From Patescibacteria group bacterium (GTDB lineage: Bacteria; Patescibacteriota; Patescibacteriia; UBA10025; JAHIVO01): 64,000 bases of DNA. Below the pieces are notes generated by a model that saw only the letters and a list, made by a program, of their open reading frames with translations, searched no databases and was not told the origin of the DNA. Where the stretch lies: the NCBI GenBank assembly GCA_041660605.1, contig JBAZWB010000001.1, positions 814,503 through 878,502 of the forward strand, given 5' to 3'. Numbering within the stretch: position 1 is the stretch's first letter; every line of letters begins with the position of its first letter. Of the stretch, positions 36,367-46,330 are shown piece by piece. A program made the translations under genes and the position numbers.

Positions 36367-36796
36367 TATCTATCTGGTTAGCTTGGCTTTTTTTATAACC
36401 CAGCAGGCTGAAAATAAAGATTAGCAGATACCCAATGCCTCCATAGAAACAGGCGGGCGGAGTAGTCGCTTTTATCGGGGCTAAAAACCATTCATAGACG
36501 CTCAAACCCCCGGCGAAAAGAACCCCGGCGATGCCGAAAATCAACACCGTCAATACTATAGGACGTGAATTTTTTCTAGCCAGAGCGATGATCGCAAATA
36601 TTGCTACCAGCATAAACATAAAAAATCCATAAACGCAGTTCGGCAAGCCGAATATTTCCACTGGCGCGGCTCCGCAGCTGACTAAAGCCTTCCCGCACCC
36701 ATTGCCCCATAAATTAACATACGATAAATATCCGGAAAATGCCGCACCGGCGATGCTGATAATTAAAATTGTTATCAAATTACTTTTTAATTTCAT
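36341..36796 (-). CDS. Membrane protein with weak similarity to the VKOR loop motif
   Basis: Four TM helices. CGKALVSCGAAPVEIFGLPNCVYGFF resembles the VKOR C-x6-C...G-[IL]-P motif, but the canonical CXXC is absent. Confidence 0.3.
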   Translation of the reverse strand: MKLKSNLITILIISIAGAAFSGYLSYVNLWGNGCGKALVSCGAAPVEIFGLPNCVYGFFMFMLVAIFAIIALARKNSRPIVLTVLIFGIAGVLFAGGLSVYEWFLAPIKATTPPACFYGGIGYLLIFIFSLLGYKKSQANQIDNGMVQGTN

Positions 36797-36840
36797 ATAT
36801 CCCCTTATTTAATTATTAATGTTTATTTACTAATACTACA

Positions 36841-37092
36841 CTATCCTTCAATTTTTTTCAACTCATTTTCAATCTCATGCGCCAGGCGGTTGCCGATCCC
36901 ATTAATCCTCTGCAGCCCAACCAGCCAACTGCGGGCATAAATATCATCCAGGCCCTCATTTAGACTCTCAATCGCACGTGCCGCCCGTGAATATGCTAAA
37001 GCCCGAAATCTGTAACGCTCCCCCTTTGAGATGAGGCTGGCGGCTTTTGAGCTGAAAATATCAGCGATTTGTTTGTTTATTTCCGGTATCAT
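36841..37092 (-). CDS. Small helix-hairpin-helix protein (PolX N-terminal 8-kDa-domain-like)
   Basis: HhH motif LQRINGIGNRLAHEI. 83 aa. Confidence 0.4.
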   Translation of the reverse strand: MIPEINKQIADIFSSKAASLISKGERYRFRALAYSRAARAIESLNEGLDDIYARSWLVGLQRINGIGNRLAHEIENELKKIEG

Positions 37093-37095
37093 TTA

Positions 37096-37854
37096 TTACA
37101 AACTGCTTCTAATATTTTCGAATAATTGCAATTCTTCCTGGCAATAATTTTTTGGAATTAAAGTCTGGGCAACTCGGTCACTCGGAGTTTCAATACTGGC
37201 ATCCATAATGCACCTGATATTGTCCACGTGATCCACTCCTAACTGATGCCCAAATTCATGGAGAATGGTTGAAGTATAATAAGCGTCCATAGCAGCCGGA
37301 TTGTTTCCGACTAAATCTGCCAAGCGCTGAGAAAATACTGCCATGCCGTTCTCATACACGGTTACCCCGATATTAGATGAATCATCCGCAAACCTGTTCA
37401 GGCATAAAATATAAAAAACTGCCGTATCACCACGGGTTTTCCGGCTTTGATGGGCATCAGATACCCTCCTGATGTCTTCGGCGGTATAACTGTCCTGGGT
37501 CAGGGGAATTGTCTGCGAATCGTCAACAGCAATGCCCAGAGGTTTTTCAATTACATCCTGAATCTGCGCTTTGATTTCTTCTATGACGGAATCCGGTACC
37601 GTACAAAGGTCAGAATTGTCTATTTCAATTAGTAATTTTTCATACTTGCCGTTCAGCAGATAATCAGTTTTCCCATCACCATCCCAACGCAGATTAAAAG
37701 CTGTACGTAGATAAGGATAGCGTGCCAGTTTTACCCGGACATTATTATTGAACCAATTATCGGTATTGCTGGCATTGGCGCTATATCTAAAAATAATAAA
37801 TATAAAAAGCAGTATGACAAATATACTCAAACCAATTGTCAGTAATTTCTTCAT
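37096..37854 (-). CDS. Metzincin-type zinc metalloprotease (archaemetzincin/matrixin-like) with N-terminal membrane anchor
   Basis: HEFGHQLGVDH (HExxHxxGxxH) followed by a C-x-M segment (IRCIMDA). Confidence 0.65.
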   Translation of the reverse strand: MKKLLTIGLSIFVILLFIFIIFRYSANASNTDNWFNNNVRVKLARYPYLRTAFNLRWDGDGKTDYLLNGKYEKLLIEIDNSDLCTVPDSVIEEIKAQIQDVIEKPLGIAVDDSQTIPLTQDSYTAEDIRRVSDAHQSRKTRGDTAVFYILCLNRFADDSSNIGVTVYENGMAVFSQRLADLVGNNPAAMDAYYTSTILHEFGHQLGVDHVDNIRCIMDASIETPSDRVAQTLIPKNYCQEELQLFENIRSSL

Positions 37855-38228
37855 AATTTGAAACTCCCTCTTTCGCCACCCTCCATCTCAGTCCATTCCT
37901 CCGCTGACTCATTCCATTTGTAAGCCTTAAAGGTCTGCGTAGTTTCTGATTCAGAATATATATATTCAACTTTTGACTGACTGCCGATTCTGCGTGAACC
38001 AATGCCTTTTTTATCCAGCACCAACGGTCTGGTCGTTAACTCTAGTTTCATTTTTCCTAATGGACCTTTAAAAATAATAAAATTGACATAACCGGGGTCT
38101 TCTTCCAGATCCCTTTTCCCGTCTTCCATAACCTCAAAACTATCTTTGATTTGACCGACTATCTCTTGCCATTTTTCAGTATTCATAATTTTTTCCGTCA
38201 ATATTAGCCTGACTAAATAATAGTCCAC
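37851..38228 (-). CDS. Hypothetical protein
   Basis: 125-aa ORF in operon context. Acidic. No recognisable motif. Confidence 0.35.
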   Translation of the reverse strand: MDYYLVRLILTEKIMNTEKWQEIVGQIKDSFEVMEDGKRDLEEDPGYVNFIIFKGPLGKMKLELTTRPLVLDKKGIGSRRIGSQSKVEYIYSESETTQTFKAYKWNESAEEWTEMEGGERGSFKL

Positions 38229-38237
38229 AAAATGACA

Positions 38238-38675
38238 TTAGTCAAAATCTGCCTGTCTTTTGGCAATAAAATCATGAGCCTTTTTCAAAACCTCATTAAC
38301 ATGCGGGAAAGAGGGCAGCAGCCTGGCCTCGTCGTATGGCAGCCAGGCAAAATCGAGATTCTCAAAATCCAGCTTTACTTCTTTTGTTTTGCTTTCAGCC
38401 AAAAAATACACCGCTTCCTTAAACCTAGGCTTGGCTTCATTTTTTCGTTTATAAAACCAGGGTACCGCTACCATAAATCCTGGGATAAAATCAAAATCCT
38501 TCAAGCCAGTCTCCTCAAGGATTTCACGCCTGGCCACTGCTTCCAGGGTTTCACCGGCTTCGATGTGCCCCCTGGGAAAGTCCCACCGAAAATGCCTATA
38601 CTGCAGCATTAAATATTCTATTGTTCTATTCTGGCGGTAATAAATTACCGCACCAGCTGATTTTTCATACGACAT
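38238..38675 (-). CDS. NUDIX hydrolase
   Basis: Nudix box GHIEAGETLEAVARREILEETGL (G-x5-E-x7-REUxEExGU). Confidence 0.8.
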   Translation of the reverse strand: MSYEKSAGAVIYYRQNRTIEYLMLQYRHFRWDFPRGHIEAGETLEAVARREILEETGLKDFDFIPGFMVAVPWFYKRKNEAKPRFKEAVYFLAESKTKEVKLDFENLDFAWLPYDEARLLPSFPHVNEVLKKAHDFIAKRQADFD

Positions 38676-38935
38676 ATTTTTCTATAAAAGAAAAATCAGG
38701 ACTACTACTTCATTGATGACGATAATGGTCCTGACTTTCCTAAATGACAACAGCTTATTTAACTACCTGCCAGATCACCACCGCGGCGACTATTATCACT
38801 ACTACCACGGCAATCCACATGCCGGCTTTGCTTTTGCTGCCGCCAGCCGGAGTTTCCGGCGTTGGCTGCTGTATTGGTTGATTTTCGTCCATAAAAAAGG
38901 CCTTTCTTATCGCTTAATAATCATCTTATCTAGGC

Positions 38936-39505
38936 TTATTTTACCCTAAATATTTTACCGTGTCCAGGTATGATAAAATCAGCCAGATTCAATAATTTCT
39001 GCCGGCTGGCGATAAGTTTTTTCATATCCGTCGCGTATTTATCCTCTGAGTTTACGTCAACTTTCTGTTCCTGGCCATCAACCCAATAGAACACATCGCC
39101 GGCAATGATAACCATGCCTTTATCTGTCGTCACTGCTAAAGAGCAATGTTCAAAAGCATGGCCAGGTGTATGGATGATGGCCAGCTCGGTACCAGGGACA
39201 AAACCGTCATGCCTGATAATTCTATCTCTATCATATATACTGTCATTATCAATTAGTTTTGCCTTTGGAAACCAGGCAGCTCCAAAAGCGTGATCTGGAT
39301 GATAATGTGTCAAAAAAATATAATCGATATCCTCCGGCTTCAGGCCGTGCTCTTGCAATGACCGGGCCAAAGGTTCCCTGGCTATGCCCGGATCAACTAT
39401 AATATTCAGATCTTTTTCCTGAACCAATACAGCAGTTGAGCTGGCACGCTCTTCAGTTTCTGTTTCAATTACATACCCCTCTGTTAATATTTCTATTTTA
39501 GCCAT
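38936..39505 (-). CDS. MBL-fold metallo-hydrolase
   Basis: LTHYHPDHAFG (HxHxDH), a downstream His, and DVFY. Confidence 0.8.
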   Translation of the reverse strand: MAKIEILTEGYVIETETEERASSTAVLVQEKDLNIIVDPGIAREPLARSLQEHGLKPEDIDYIFLTHYHPDHAFGAAWFPKAKLIDNDSIYDRDRIIRHDGFVPGTELAIIHTPGHAFEHCSLAVTTDKGMVIIAGDVFYWVDGQEQKVDVNSEDKYATDMKKLIASRQKLLNLADFIIPGHGKIFRVK

Positions 39506-39528
39506 AATATTTTAAATTAATGCAATAT

Positions 39529-40347
39529 TTATTTATCATTAAGCCAGTTTATCACTTCCTTTGATAAAATATTTATCCTTTTTTCTCCGCGCAGGGTATG
39601 CCCGCCATCCTTGATTTCCACCAGCTTTTTTGGCGAGGTTAAAATATTGTAAATACTTCTAAACCCATCCTTGTCCAAAATTTTTTCTTTGGTTCCATAG
39701 ACCACCAATGTCGGACATTTAATTTTTTTAAGATAATAGTCAGGCTTATATTTAATCCCCTCTTTATAAAAATTGTATCCAATTCTCGCCCACCGCCGGT
39801 AAGTATGAGTATATCTCCACATCCAGCCTAGCGCTTTGTAAAGCGGCATAAAAACTCCGTTTTCTATTTCCCGTCGTAAATTATACACCGGTCCCTGCAA
39901 TATCAGACGATTGATGCGCTTATCGCTGGCAGTAATAATATAGCTGGCCATAGCGCCGATGGAATATCCAGCGAGGATACAATGAGTATGGCCGGTTTTT
40001 TTCAGCGCGTAATTTATTACCTCCCTAATGTCATTGATATAACCGCCAACAGTAAAATTCAGCATTGACCCGTCACTCCCCCCAATGCTATTGGTGGAAG
40101 TAAAACGATAGGTGTCATATCCTTCCCGAGCTAAAGCTTCGGCTACTAGTTTGATTTGCAGTTGTTGGTGAGTCACCCCCAACCCGTGGCAGAGTACTAC
40201 CGTTTGTCCGGTTGAACCCACCTGCCATTCCCTGATCCCGCGGATAGTCAGACCTTTTTTGTTTTTTATGGCAATTTTCTGCTGCATATGATAATTTTTT
40301 AGACAAATACCTACGTGTATAGCGGTAAGCCCTCGCTTACCGCCCAA
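39529..40347 (-). CDS. Alpha/beta-fold hydrolase
   Basis: HGLG oxyanion region, GYSIG nucleophile elbow, C-terminal GGH. Confidence 0.7.
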   Translation of the reverse strand: MGGKRGLTAIHVGICLKNYHMQQKIAIKNKKGLTIRGIREWQVGSTGQTVVLCHGLGVTHQQLQIKLVAEALAREGYDTYRFTSTNSIGGSDGSMLNFTVGGYINDIREVINYALKKTGHTHCILAGYSIGAMASYIITASDKRINRLILQGPVYNLRREIENGVFMPLYKALGWMWRYTHTYRRWARIGYNFYKEGIKYKPDYYLKKIKCPTLVVYGTKEKILDKDGFRSIYNILTSPKKLVEIKDGGHTLRGEKRINILSKEVINWLNDK

Positions 40348-40369
40348 GTAATAAGACTGCTGTATGAAC

Positions 40370-41257
40370 CTAATATATTAAATATATTCCAATTATAATC
40401 GCTGCGATCGATAATACTTTCTGGATAATTATACGCTTATTGACCACTTCAAGCCGAAACCTCGGAAAGAGTGATGCCAATAGTATACCCCAAATAAAAA
40501 TGAAAATGTACTGTACTGAGACGACCGTTTCGACAAGTGTAACAAACCATACCGAGCTGGCAGCGACAAATAAAAGCGAACCGGCGATATTAAATGTCTC
40601 ACTGATAGCGCTCAGGCCGATGTACCGCTTCTGAATGCGCCGAAAAGTCTTACGCAGTTCTTTGATGAAAAAAAGTAAAAAAAGTATACCCGTGCAACCA
40701 ATAAATAATTTCACATATCCAAAAACCTGCCAGTATGAATAGTGGATCAGCAGATATTTATTAATAATATAGGAAAGTGAATAAAGGAAAGTTCCGCCAA
40801 TCATTAAACCAAAAGCTTTACTTCGGAAAGCGTCAAAAACATTCTGGCGTACCAGGAGGGCCAATGAAGCGATAGCAATCATGGCAATGCCCAGATATGT
40901 CTGAATAGAAAAAATTTCTCCGAGGAATATCGCGCTCTGTAATGAAAGGAAGACAATGGTAAAAGCATACAACGGTACGACCCGTGATGGCTCCTCGCGC
41001 TGGATGGCGAAGAAATACAGTAAAGTCGCCGTCATATAGCACGCGCCAGAACTGATTAGCCAAAACCAATCCAGGCCATGAATATCAGCTGGCACGAGTG
41101 CGATAACTATTACGCCGACAACCAGCTCATAGCAAACTGAAATTGAGGCTAAAAAAATCGGGTTTTTTATAAACCTGCTGGCATTCGCCTTATCGATAAT
41201 ATTTCCGATCGACCAGACAAAACCCGCGGCCAGTGAAAGTAAAAAACCTAAAGACAT
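40370..41257 (-). CDS. EamA/DMT-family transporter
   Basis: About ten TM helices in two halves. 295 aa. Confidence 0.65.
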   Translation of the reverse strand: MSLGFLLSLAAGFVWSIGNIIDKANASRFIKNPIFLASISVCYELVVGVIVIALVPADIHGLDWFWLISSGACYMTATLLYFFAIQREEPSRVVPLYAFTIVFLSLQSAIFLGEIFSIQTYLGIAMIAIASLALLVRQNVFDAFRSKAFGLMIGGTFLYSLSYIINKYLLIHYSYWQVFGYVKLFIGCTGILFLLFFIKELRKTFRRIQKRYIGLSAISETFNIAGSLLFVAASSVWFVTLVETVVSVQYIFIFIWGILLASLFPRFRLEVVNKRIIIQKVLSIAAIIIGIYLIY

Positions 41258-41396
41258 AATGTAATTAAAAAATTAATGCTCATTGCGTCACAGTTTAAAA
41301 CCCCCATATGGGTAGCGGCAAGCCCTCGCTTGCCGCCCGGGAATAAGACGAAAGCGAGAGATTTCGTCTGTCTCTTTTATAATTTAAAATCTTTTA

Positions 41397-41948
41397 TTAG
41401 TTAAATATCCCCGTAAAATCCCACAGTGCCAGTAAATTATTCAGGTGCTTTAAACTAACGTTTTTCCTTTTTAAACTTTCTAAAGCAACCATTATCTTTG
41501 ACCCGCGCCAATCCTGCAAAAACTCCGTGAGCAGAAAACGACAAATGAATTCTACGAAATCCTTACGCGAACCCACGTAGTGTACTTTTTTTGCAGCCAG
41601 CTTATCAATTATCAGACACAATCGCTTATCCTGGGTATATATCGCCCATGAACGGTCAATGCCCTTTTTAATTTTCAATTTTCTTGCTTGAACCAAAAGC
41701 GTTGCCGCATTTAAAGTCCCTTTCGCTAAACCAGTGATAGTTGGGATGACTAATGCCCGCCACTTTTTAAGTTTAAGCGAAAGCATGAGTTTTAAAATAA
41801 ACTCATCCATTTCTTTAGGCGTACCTATTACTTTAATCTTATTCCTGCTTTTGGCAATGCGCACAAGAATTTTAAATATTTTCTTATCCTCTTTGCTGTA
41901 AAGAGGATACAACCATTCGGGTGGGTAAGGTTTATTCTTGTTTGCCAT
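41397..41948 (-). CDS. Hypothetical basic protein
   Basis: ORF in operon. The start is placed at the internal Met so that it does not run deep into rarA. Confidence 0.35.
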   Translation of the reverse strand: MANKNKPYPPEWLYPLYSKEDKKIFKILVRIAKSRNKIKVIGTPKEMDEFILKLMLSLKLKKWRALVIPTITGLAKGTLNAATLLVQARKLKIKKGIDRSWAIYTQDKRLCLIIDKLAAKKVHYVGSRKDFVEFICRFLLTEFLQDWRGSKIMVALESLKRKNVSLKHLNNLLALWDFTGIFN

Positions 41949-43248
41949 TTTTATTGCGATTATTTTTTTCCTGATAATACTTTTTCCCAACTAATTTCTT
42001 CGGCAGATAGTCCTGTCTCCCCTCTTCCTTAGAATAATCATGCGAGTATTTATAATCCTTGCCATAATTCAAATCCTTCATTAGATCCGTCACTGCATTT
42101 CGTAAATGTAACGGCACCGGTTCGTTCATGGTATCTTTGACATCCTTCTTGGCATTCAGCAAACCGACGTAGGCTGAATTGTTTTTCGGCGCCTTGGCCA
42201 GGTAAACCACGCCGTGCGCCAAATTTATCTGGCACTCAGGGTAGCCGATCAGTTTCACAGCGTTGAAAACGTCCAAAGCAATACGCAATGCACCCGGATC
42301 TCCCATACCCACGTCTTCGCTGGCAAAGACCACCATGCGCCTGGCGATAAACTCCGGATCTTCCCCCGCCTCCACCATCCTGTTCAGCCAGTAAAGCGCA
42401 CCGTCAGGGTCAGAACCGCGCATGGATTTTATAAAAGCGGAAATGACATTGTAATGCTCCTCGCCTTTTTTATCATACTGCAATGCCTTGTGCTGAAGTG
42501 AATCTTCTATGGTTTTTAAGTCCAGGTGCTTAGCCCCCTTGGAATCGGCTTTTGTGGCTTTTACCGCTATTTCCAGGGCATTTAACGCCGTCCTAGCGTC
42601 TCCATTTGCCCCTAGGATAAGGGTATCTAGGGCTTTTGGCATAATTACCACTTTATACCTGCCTAAGCCCAAATTTGGGTCTTTAAGGGCTCTTTTTATA
42701 ATACGGCTTATTTCTGGTACTCCGTGCCTTTTCAGCACAAAAACACGTGATCTGGACAGTAATGGCGCAATGACTTCGAACGAAGGATTTTCCGTGGTAG
42801 CGCCAATCAGGGTAATGATCCCCTTTTCCACATACGGTAGAAATGAATCCTGCTGTGCTTTATTCCAGCGATGGATTTCATCTATGAATAATATTGTCCT
42901 CTGGTTATGAAGTTTTCTCCGGTCAATGGCTTCGCCAATCATGCGCCGCAAATCCGCCAGACCGGCAGTTACTGCGCTGGTTTCTTCGAAATATGATTTA
43001 GTCATATTGGCGATGATGCGCGCCAGGGTAGTCTTGCCTGATCCCGGCGGTCCCCAGAATATTATGGAAAAGACCTCATCATTTTCAATCGAACGCCGCA
43101 GGATTTTCCCTTCTCCAATAATTTCTTCCTGCCCGACAAAATCTTCCAGCTTATCTGGCCGGATGCGGTCAGCCAAAGGCGCCTCCAGATGCAGATCACG
43201 CTCCATCCTGGCGTCAAACAAATCTTTTTTTTGCTTAATTTTTTTCAT
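41932..43248 (-). CDS. rarA: Replication-associated recombination protein A (AAA+ ATPase RarA/MgsA)
   Basis: IFWGPPGSGKTTLARIIAN (Walker A), ILFIDEIHRWNKAQQD (Walker B/sensor), and a C-terminal MgsA domain. Confidence 0.9.
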   Translation of the reverse strand: MKKIKQKKDLFDARMERDLHLEAPLADRIRPDKLEDFVGQEEIIGEGKILRRSIENDEVFSIIFWGPPGSGKTTLARIIANMTKSYFEETSAVTAGLADLRRMIGEAIDRRKLHNQRTILFIDEIHRWNKAQQDSFLPYVEKGIITLIGATTENPSFEVIAPLLSRSRVFVLKRHGVPEISRIIKRALKDPNLGLGRYKVVIMPKALDTLILGANGDARTALNALEIAVKATKADSKGAKHLDLKTIEDSLQHKALQYDKKGEEHYNVISAFIKSMRGSDPDGALYWLNRMVEAGEDPEFIARRMVVFASEDVGMGDPGALRIALDVFNAVKLIGYPECQINLAHGVVYLAKAPKNNSAYVGLLNAKKDVKDTMNEPVPLHLRNAVTDLMKDLNYGKDYKYSHDYSKEEGRQDYLPKKLVGKKYYQEKNNRNKNGKQE

Positions 43249-44083
43249 ATCTATCTAATGGAAAATTATGATCTACCTGCTCAGCGATTTTCAACCCATT
43301 ACTCAGCATGTTATTCAGCACTTCCAGGGATGGCGCAGGCATAGTGTAGAAAAGTACGGCGCTGGAATCAGAAAAATGAAAAGCGGACACGCCGGAGTTT
43401 GTTATAAGCTCAATCATTACGGGATCAAGCAGCTGCAGCGTGCCCTGCCCCTGGATAATATCCACGTGATATAATTTCTCAAATTGCCCGCTTTCAGTAT
43501 GAATTTCGTCTTTATTTGATACGTAAGTTCGATTGACAGCGAGACTAAGCGGTAGCTTGTGAGTTTCCAATTCCATACACCACCCTTTTATGTACTCTTG
43601 CTGCTGCCCACCAAAACCCGCCAGTCTGCCAAAAACGGCATAAGCAGAATTACTAGCTGTCTGTAGATAACTTCCTGACGGCGGAAAGCCCGTGAAGGAA
43701 TATAGCCAGATTTTTCTTCCTCCAATAGTACCCTCGACAAATGGATCATTGTAATTGCTTGATTTGATCTTACGCGCACCAAAGTATGCTTTATCAGGAT
43801 TATTTTTTATCCGTTCTGATTGTTTTACTCCTGCTTTCTCTACAAAAATTAAATTATTAAATGCTGACCATTTTTTCAGCATTTCTTTCCATGAATGCGT
43901 ATTATTTATCCAAAGGAAATAAAGCACTAATGCAACTACGATAAAAATAAAAATACCCTGTACAATATCTAAAAGATCTTTATGGCTATTTGATATCGCT
44001 ATGCCAATCAAAGTAAAAAGAAAAACTACAATGACTGTAGCAATCCATACGATATTTTTTCTAAACCAAACCTCTGCTTTCAT
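43235..44083 (-). CDS. Membrane-anchored protein of unknown function, paralog A
   Basis: Two N-terminal TM helices plus a domain of about 200 aa. Shares GWC[MF]E[LF][ES]TH, TESGQFE and LQLLDPVM[IM]ELI blocks with 44469..45254. Confidence 0.5.
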   Translation of the reverse strand: MKAEVWFRKNIVWIATVIVVFLFTLIGIAISNSHKDLLDIVQGIFIFIVVALVLYFLWINNTHSWKEMLKKWSAFNNLIFVEKAGVKQSERIKNNPDKAYFGARKIKSSNYNDPFVEGTIGGRKIWLYSFTGFPPSGSYLQTASNSAYAVFGRLAGFGGQQQEYIKGWCMELETHKLPLSLAVNRTYVSNKDEIHTESGQFEKLYHVDIIQGQGTLQLLDPVMIELITNSGVSAFHFSDSSAVLFYTMPAPSLEVLNNMLSNGLKIAEQVDHNFPLDRYEKN

Positions 44084-44091
44084 TTTTTCCT

Positions 44092-44454
44092 TTATTTATA
44101 TTCTAATAATGTTTTTTCTAATTCCTCTGGCTTGATAATCTTATCCAGCGCATAATAACTCATGACATCATTTTTATCAGCGTTAAAATCTATACCAATA
44201 CTCGGCTTTTTCCAGGCATAAACCATGCCCACCTCAGCTGTCAGGTCTTTGCCGTAATCTTTTAATACCGCCACGAGAATATCCGACTGCTTGATTAACT
44301 CCACATTAGTTTTAAACATCTGGTCATACGGTACATCCTGCGGGCTGTGCGTGGCTGCACAAAGGACCTCAAAACCGATTTTTGAAATACGGTCGATTAA
44401 TTCAAAATTCAATTGACCAAGTTTATGCGGCGTGCAAAGGAATACTTTTTTCAT
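44092..44454 (-). CDS. Nucleoside 2-deoxyribosyltransferase-like fold protein
   Basis: VFLCTPH...SDILVAVLKDYGKDLTAEVGMVYAWKKP resembles the NDT/Rcl pattern (flavodoxin-like fold, catalytic Glu in DxxTAxEVG). Confidence 0.5.
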   Translation of the reverse strand: MKKVFLCTPHKLGQLNFELIDRISKIGFEVLCAATHSPQDVPYDQMFKTNVELIKQSDILVAVLKDYGKDLTAEVGMVYAWKKPSIGIDFNADKNDVMSYYALDKIIKPEELEKTLLEYK

Positions 44455-44468
44455 AATTACTTTTACTA

Positions 44469-45254
44469 TTATTTATCCAAAGGAAAATTACGGTCAACCT
44501 GTTCAGCCATTTTTACTCCGTATTCCATGATGTTATCCATGACTTCATAATCCATCTGCGGCTGCGTGTAGCATAAAACTACACTTGAATCGGAAAATTC
44601 CACAGAGGCAATCTTTGAATTATAAATTAATTCCATCATAACTGGATCAAGCAGCTGCAAGCCCTGGATGCCTGCATCCTTGTTGATATCGTAATCCCTT
44701 TCAAATTGTCCACTTTCCGTATCCATTTTATCTTCACCCTCAAGAAAGCGCCGCGACACAAGCAAATGGAAAGGTATGGTATGAGTGGAAAATTCAAAGC
44801 ACCAGCCATAAAATACCCTTTTTAAATCATGAGTTTTTTGCGATGAGAATGGTATGCCCAGTAGGTAATTTTCTTTTTGGTTGACATAAGTGCGGCTAGT
44901 CCCAACACCGCTGCCTGGTACAGCTTCGCCCACGATTTCATAAATCCACACTTTCCGATTTTTGTATTTTCCTTCTAAAAATGGCCCGTCATCCCTGCTG
45001 TCCATTACCTGCCTGGCTTTATAATAGTCTTTACCGCGATTTGCTGCGAGCCTGTCAACACTTTTGAAAACATTGCCTGCCATTGATAAACGCAACCCAT
45101 AATTTTCTGCCCAATGGCTTAATACCCCCACTGACATTCTCTTTTTTTTCTTAATACGATAAAATAACGTTATGACGGAACTTATTATTATACCAATTAC
45201 AAATAAAGGATAAATGATCGTAAAAAGTATTTTTTCAAAGCCCGCGTCGCCCAT
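44469..45254 (-). CDS. Membrane-anchored protein of unknown function, paralog B
   Basis: N-terminal TM. Paralogous to 43235..44083. Confidence 0.5.
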   Translation of the reverse strand: MGDAGFEKILFTIIYPLFVIGIIISSVITLFYRIKKKKRMSVGVLSHWAENYGLRLSMAGNVFKSVDRLAANRGKDYYKARQVMDSRDDGPFLEGKYKNRKVWIYEIVGEAVPGSGVGTSRTYVNQKENYLLGIPFSSQKTHDLKRVFYGWCFEFSTHTIPFHLLVSRRFLEGEDKMDTESGQFERDYDINKDAGIQGLQLLDPVMMELIYNSKIASVEFSDSSVVLCYTQPQMDYEVMDNIMEYGVKMAEQVDRNFPLDK

Positions 45255-45258
45255 GATT

Positions 45259-45804
45259 CTAAAAATAAAATTTAGTTCTCCCCTTTTTCTTCATTAGCAT
45301 GGAATTATATCTCGGACCCAAAATAAAATCCTTTGTGCCAATACCAATCCTTTTATAAAAATCAACAATCCGTTGGCGATTAGCTTCTGTGTTACGACCC
45401 TGTATTTCAACTTCCATATAATTTCCCAAGCCCTTAACTTTATCTAATACAATTTCTAAATCGTCTTTCTTATAATATTCCCGTTGTTTATCTACAACTA
45501 CCTCTTTTATAGCTTTCATCTTTTCCAGCAATTTTAAAGTAACCGGCAAACTATTAACAGTTAATTCAATTTCTTCAGCAGCGACATCATTAAATGCAGT
45601 GTCATATTCCAATGTAACCATTTTTTCTTCAACATTATGGCGCACTCTGACAATACTGCCAGTTTTTTTATTCAAAGGCCGTTTATATAATGAATAATAA
45701 AAATCAATCTGGTGCAGTTTCTTAATCTTTTTCGCGCCAAGAATTTTCAACCGGCGTCTAATTAATTTAAAATCTTTTGCTTTTGCTTTAATTTCAATTT
45801 CCAT
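45259..45804 (-). CDS. CYTH-domain protein (triphosphate tunnel metalloenzyme; CyaB/ThTPase-like)
   Basis: N-terminal MEIEIKAK, the ExExK hallmark of CYTH. 181 aa. Confidence 0.7.
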   Translation of the reverse strand: MEIEIKAKAKDFKLIRRRLKILGAKKIKKLHQIDFYYSLYKRPLNKKTGSIVRVRHNVEEKMVTLEYDTAFNDVAAEEIELTVNSLPVTLKLLEKMKAIKEVVVDKQREYYKKDDLEIVLDKVKGLGNYMEVEIQGRNTEANRQRIVDFYKRIGIGTKDFILGPRYNSMLMKKKGRTKFYF

Positions 45805-46330
45805 GTTTGTATTTCGCTAAAATGAATTCATTCAATAATTTTCCGTCTTTTTTTGTATGTTGAATCAATAGCCCTTCCTTTTTAAAACCATTTTTAACCA
45901 ACACTCTTAGTGACGCTTTATTCCTGGTAAAAACATAAGCATAAACTTTACGCAGTTTAAATTTCTTAAATCCCAAGGCTGTCATATCAGCGACTGCGCT
46001 GGACATAATCCCCTGACCCCAATATTCCCTGGCCAGCCAGTAACCAATTTCTGCCTTGTGTTCTTTTTCAATATTCTTAAGGCTGATACCCCCTGACACT
46101 TCTCCGTCAACTTCTATGGCCAGATTATAACTGCCTGGTGATTTGCTCTTGTATCGCCGTAAAATTTCTGTTATCCATTTTTTGGCGTCCTGCTCTTTAT
46201 ATGGATAAGGTATGTGCAAGGTGTTGCGATAAATATCGCGATGGTTTATTTTCCTGACCAGAATTTTATAATCCGACTTCTTGAACGGTCGCAACAGGTA
46301 ATTAATTTTATTCTTTATTTTTTTCGCCAT
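45794..46330 (-). CDS. GNAT-family N-acetyltransferase (RimJ/RimL-like)
   Basis: IGYWLAREYWGQGIMSSAV (acetyl-CoA-binding motif A). 178 aa. Confidence 0.75.
   Translation of the reverse strand: MAKKIKNKINYLLRPFKKSDYKILVRKINHRDIYRNTLHIPYPYKEQDAKKWITEILRRYKSKSPGSYNLAIEVDGEVSGGISLKNIEKEHKAEIGYWLAREYWGQGIMSSAVADMTALGFKKFKLRKVYAYVFTRNKASLRVLVKNGFKKEGLLIQHTKKDGKLLNEFILAKYKHGN

Noticed and set aside
36341-36796. Vitamin K epoxide reductase assignment for the 151-aa membrane protein
   Set aside because: The loop Cys pair and GLP motif are reminiscent of VKOR, but the catalytic CXXC in the last helix is missing. Kept only as a hypothetical membrane protein with a weak note.
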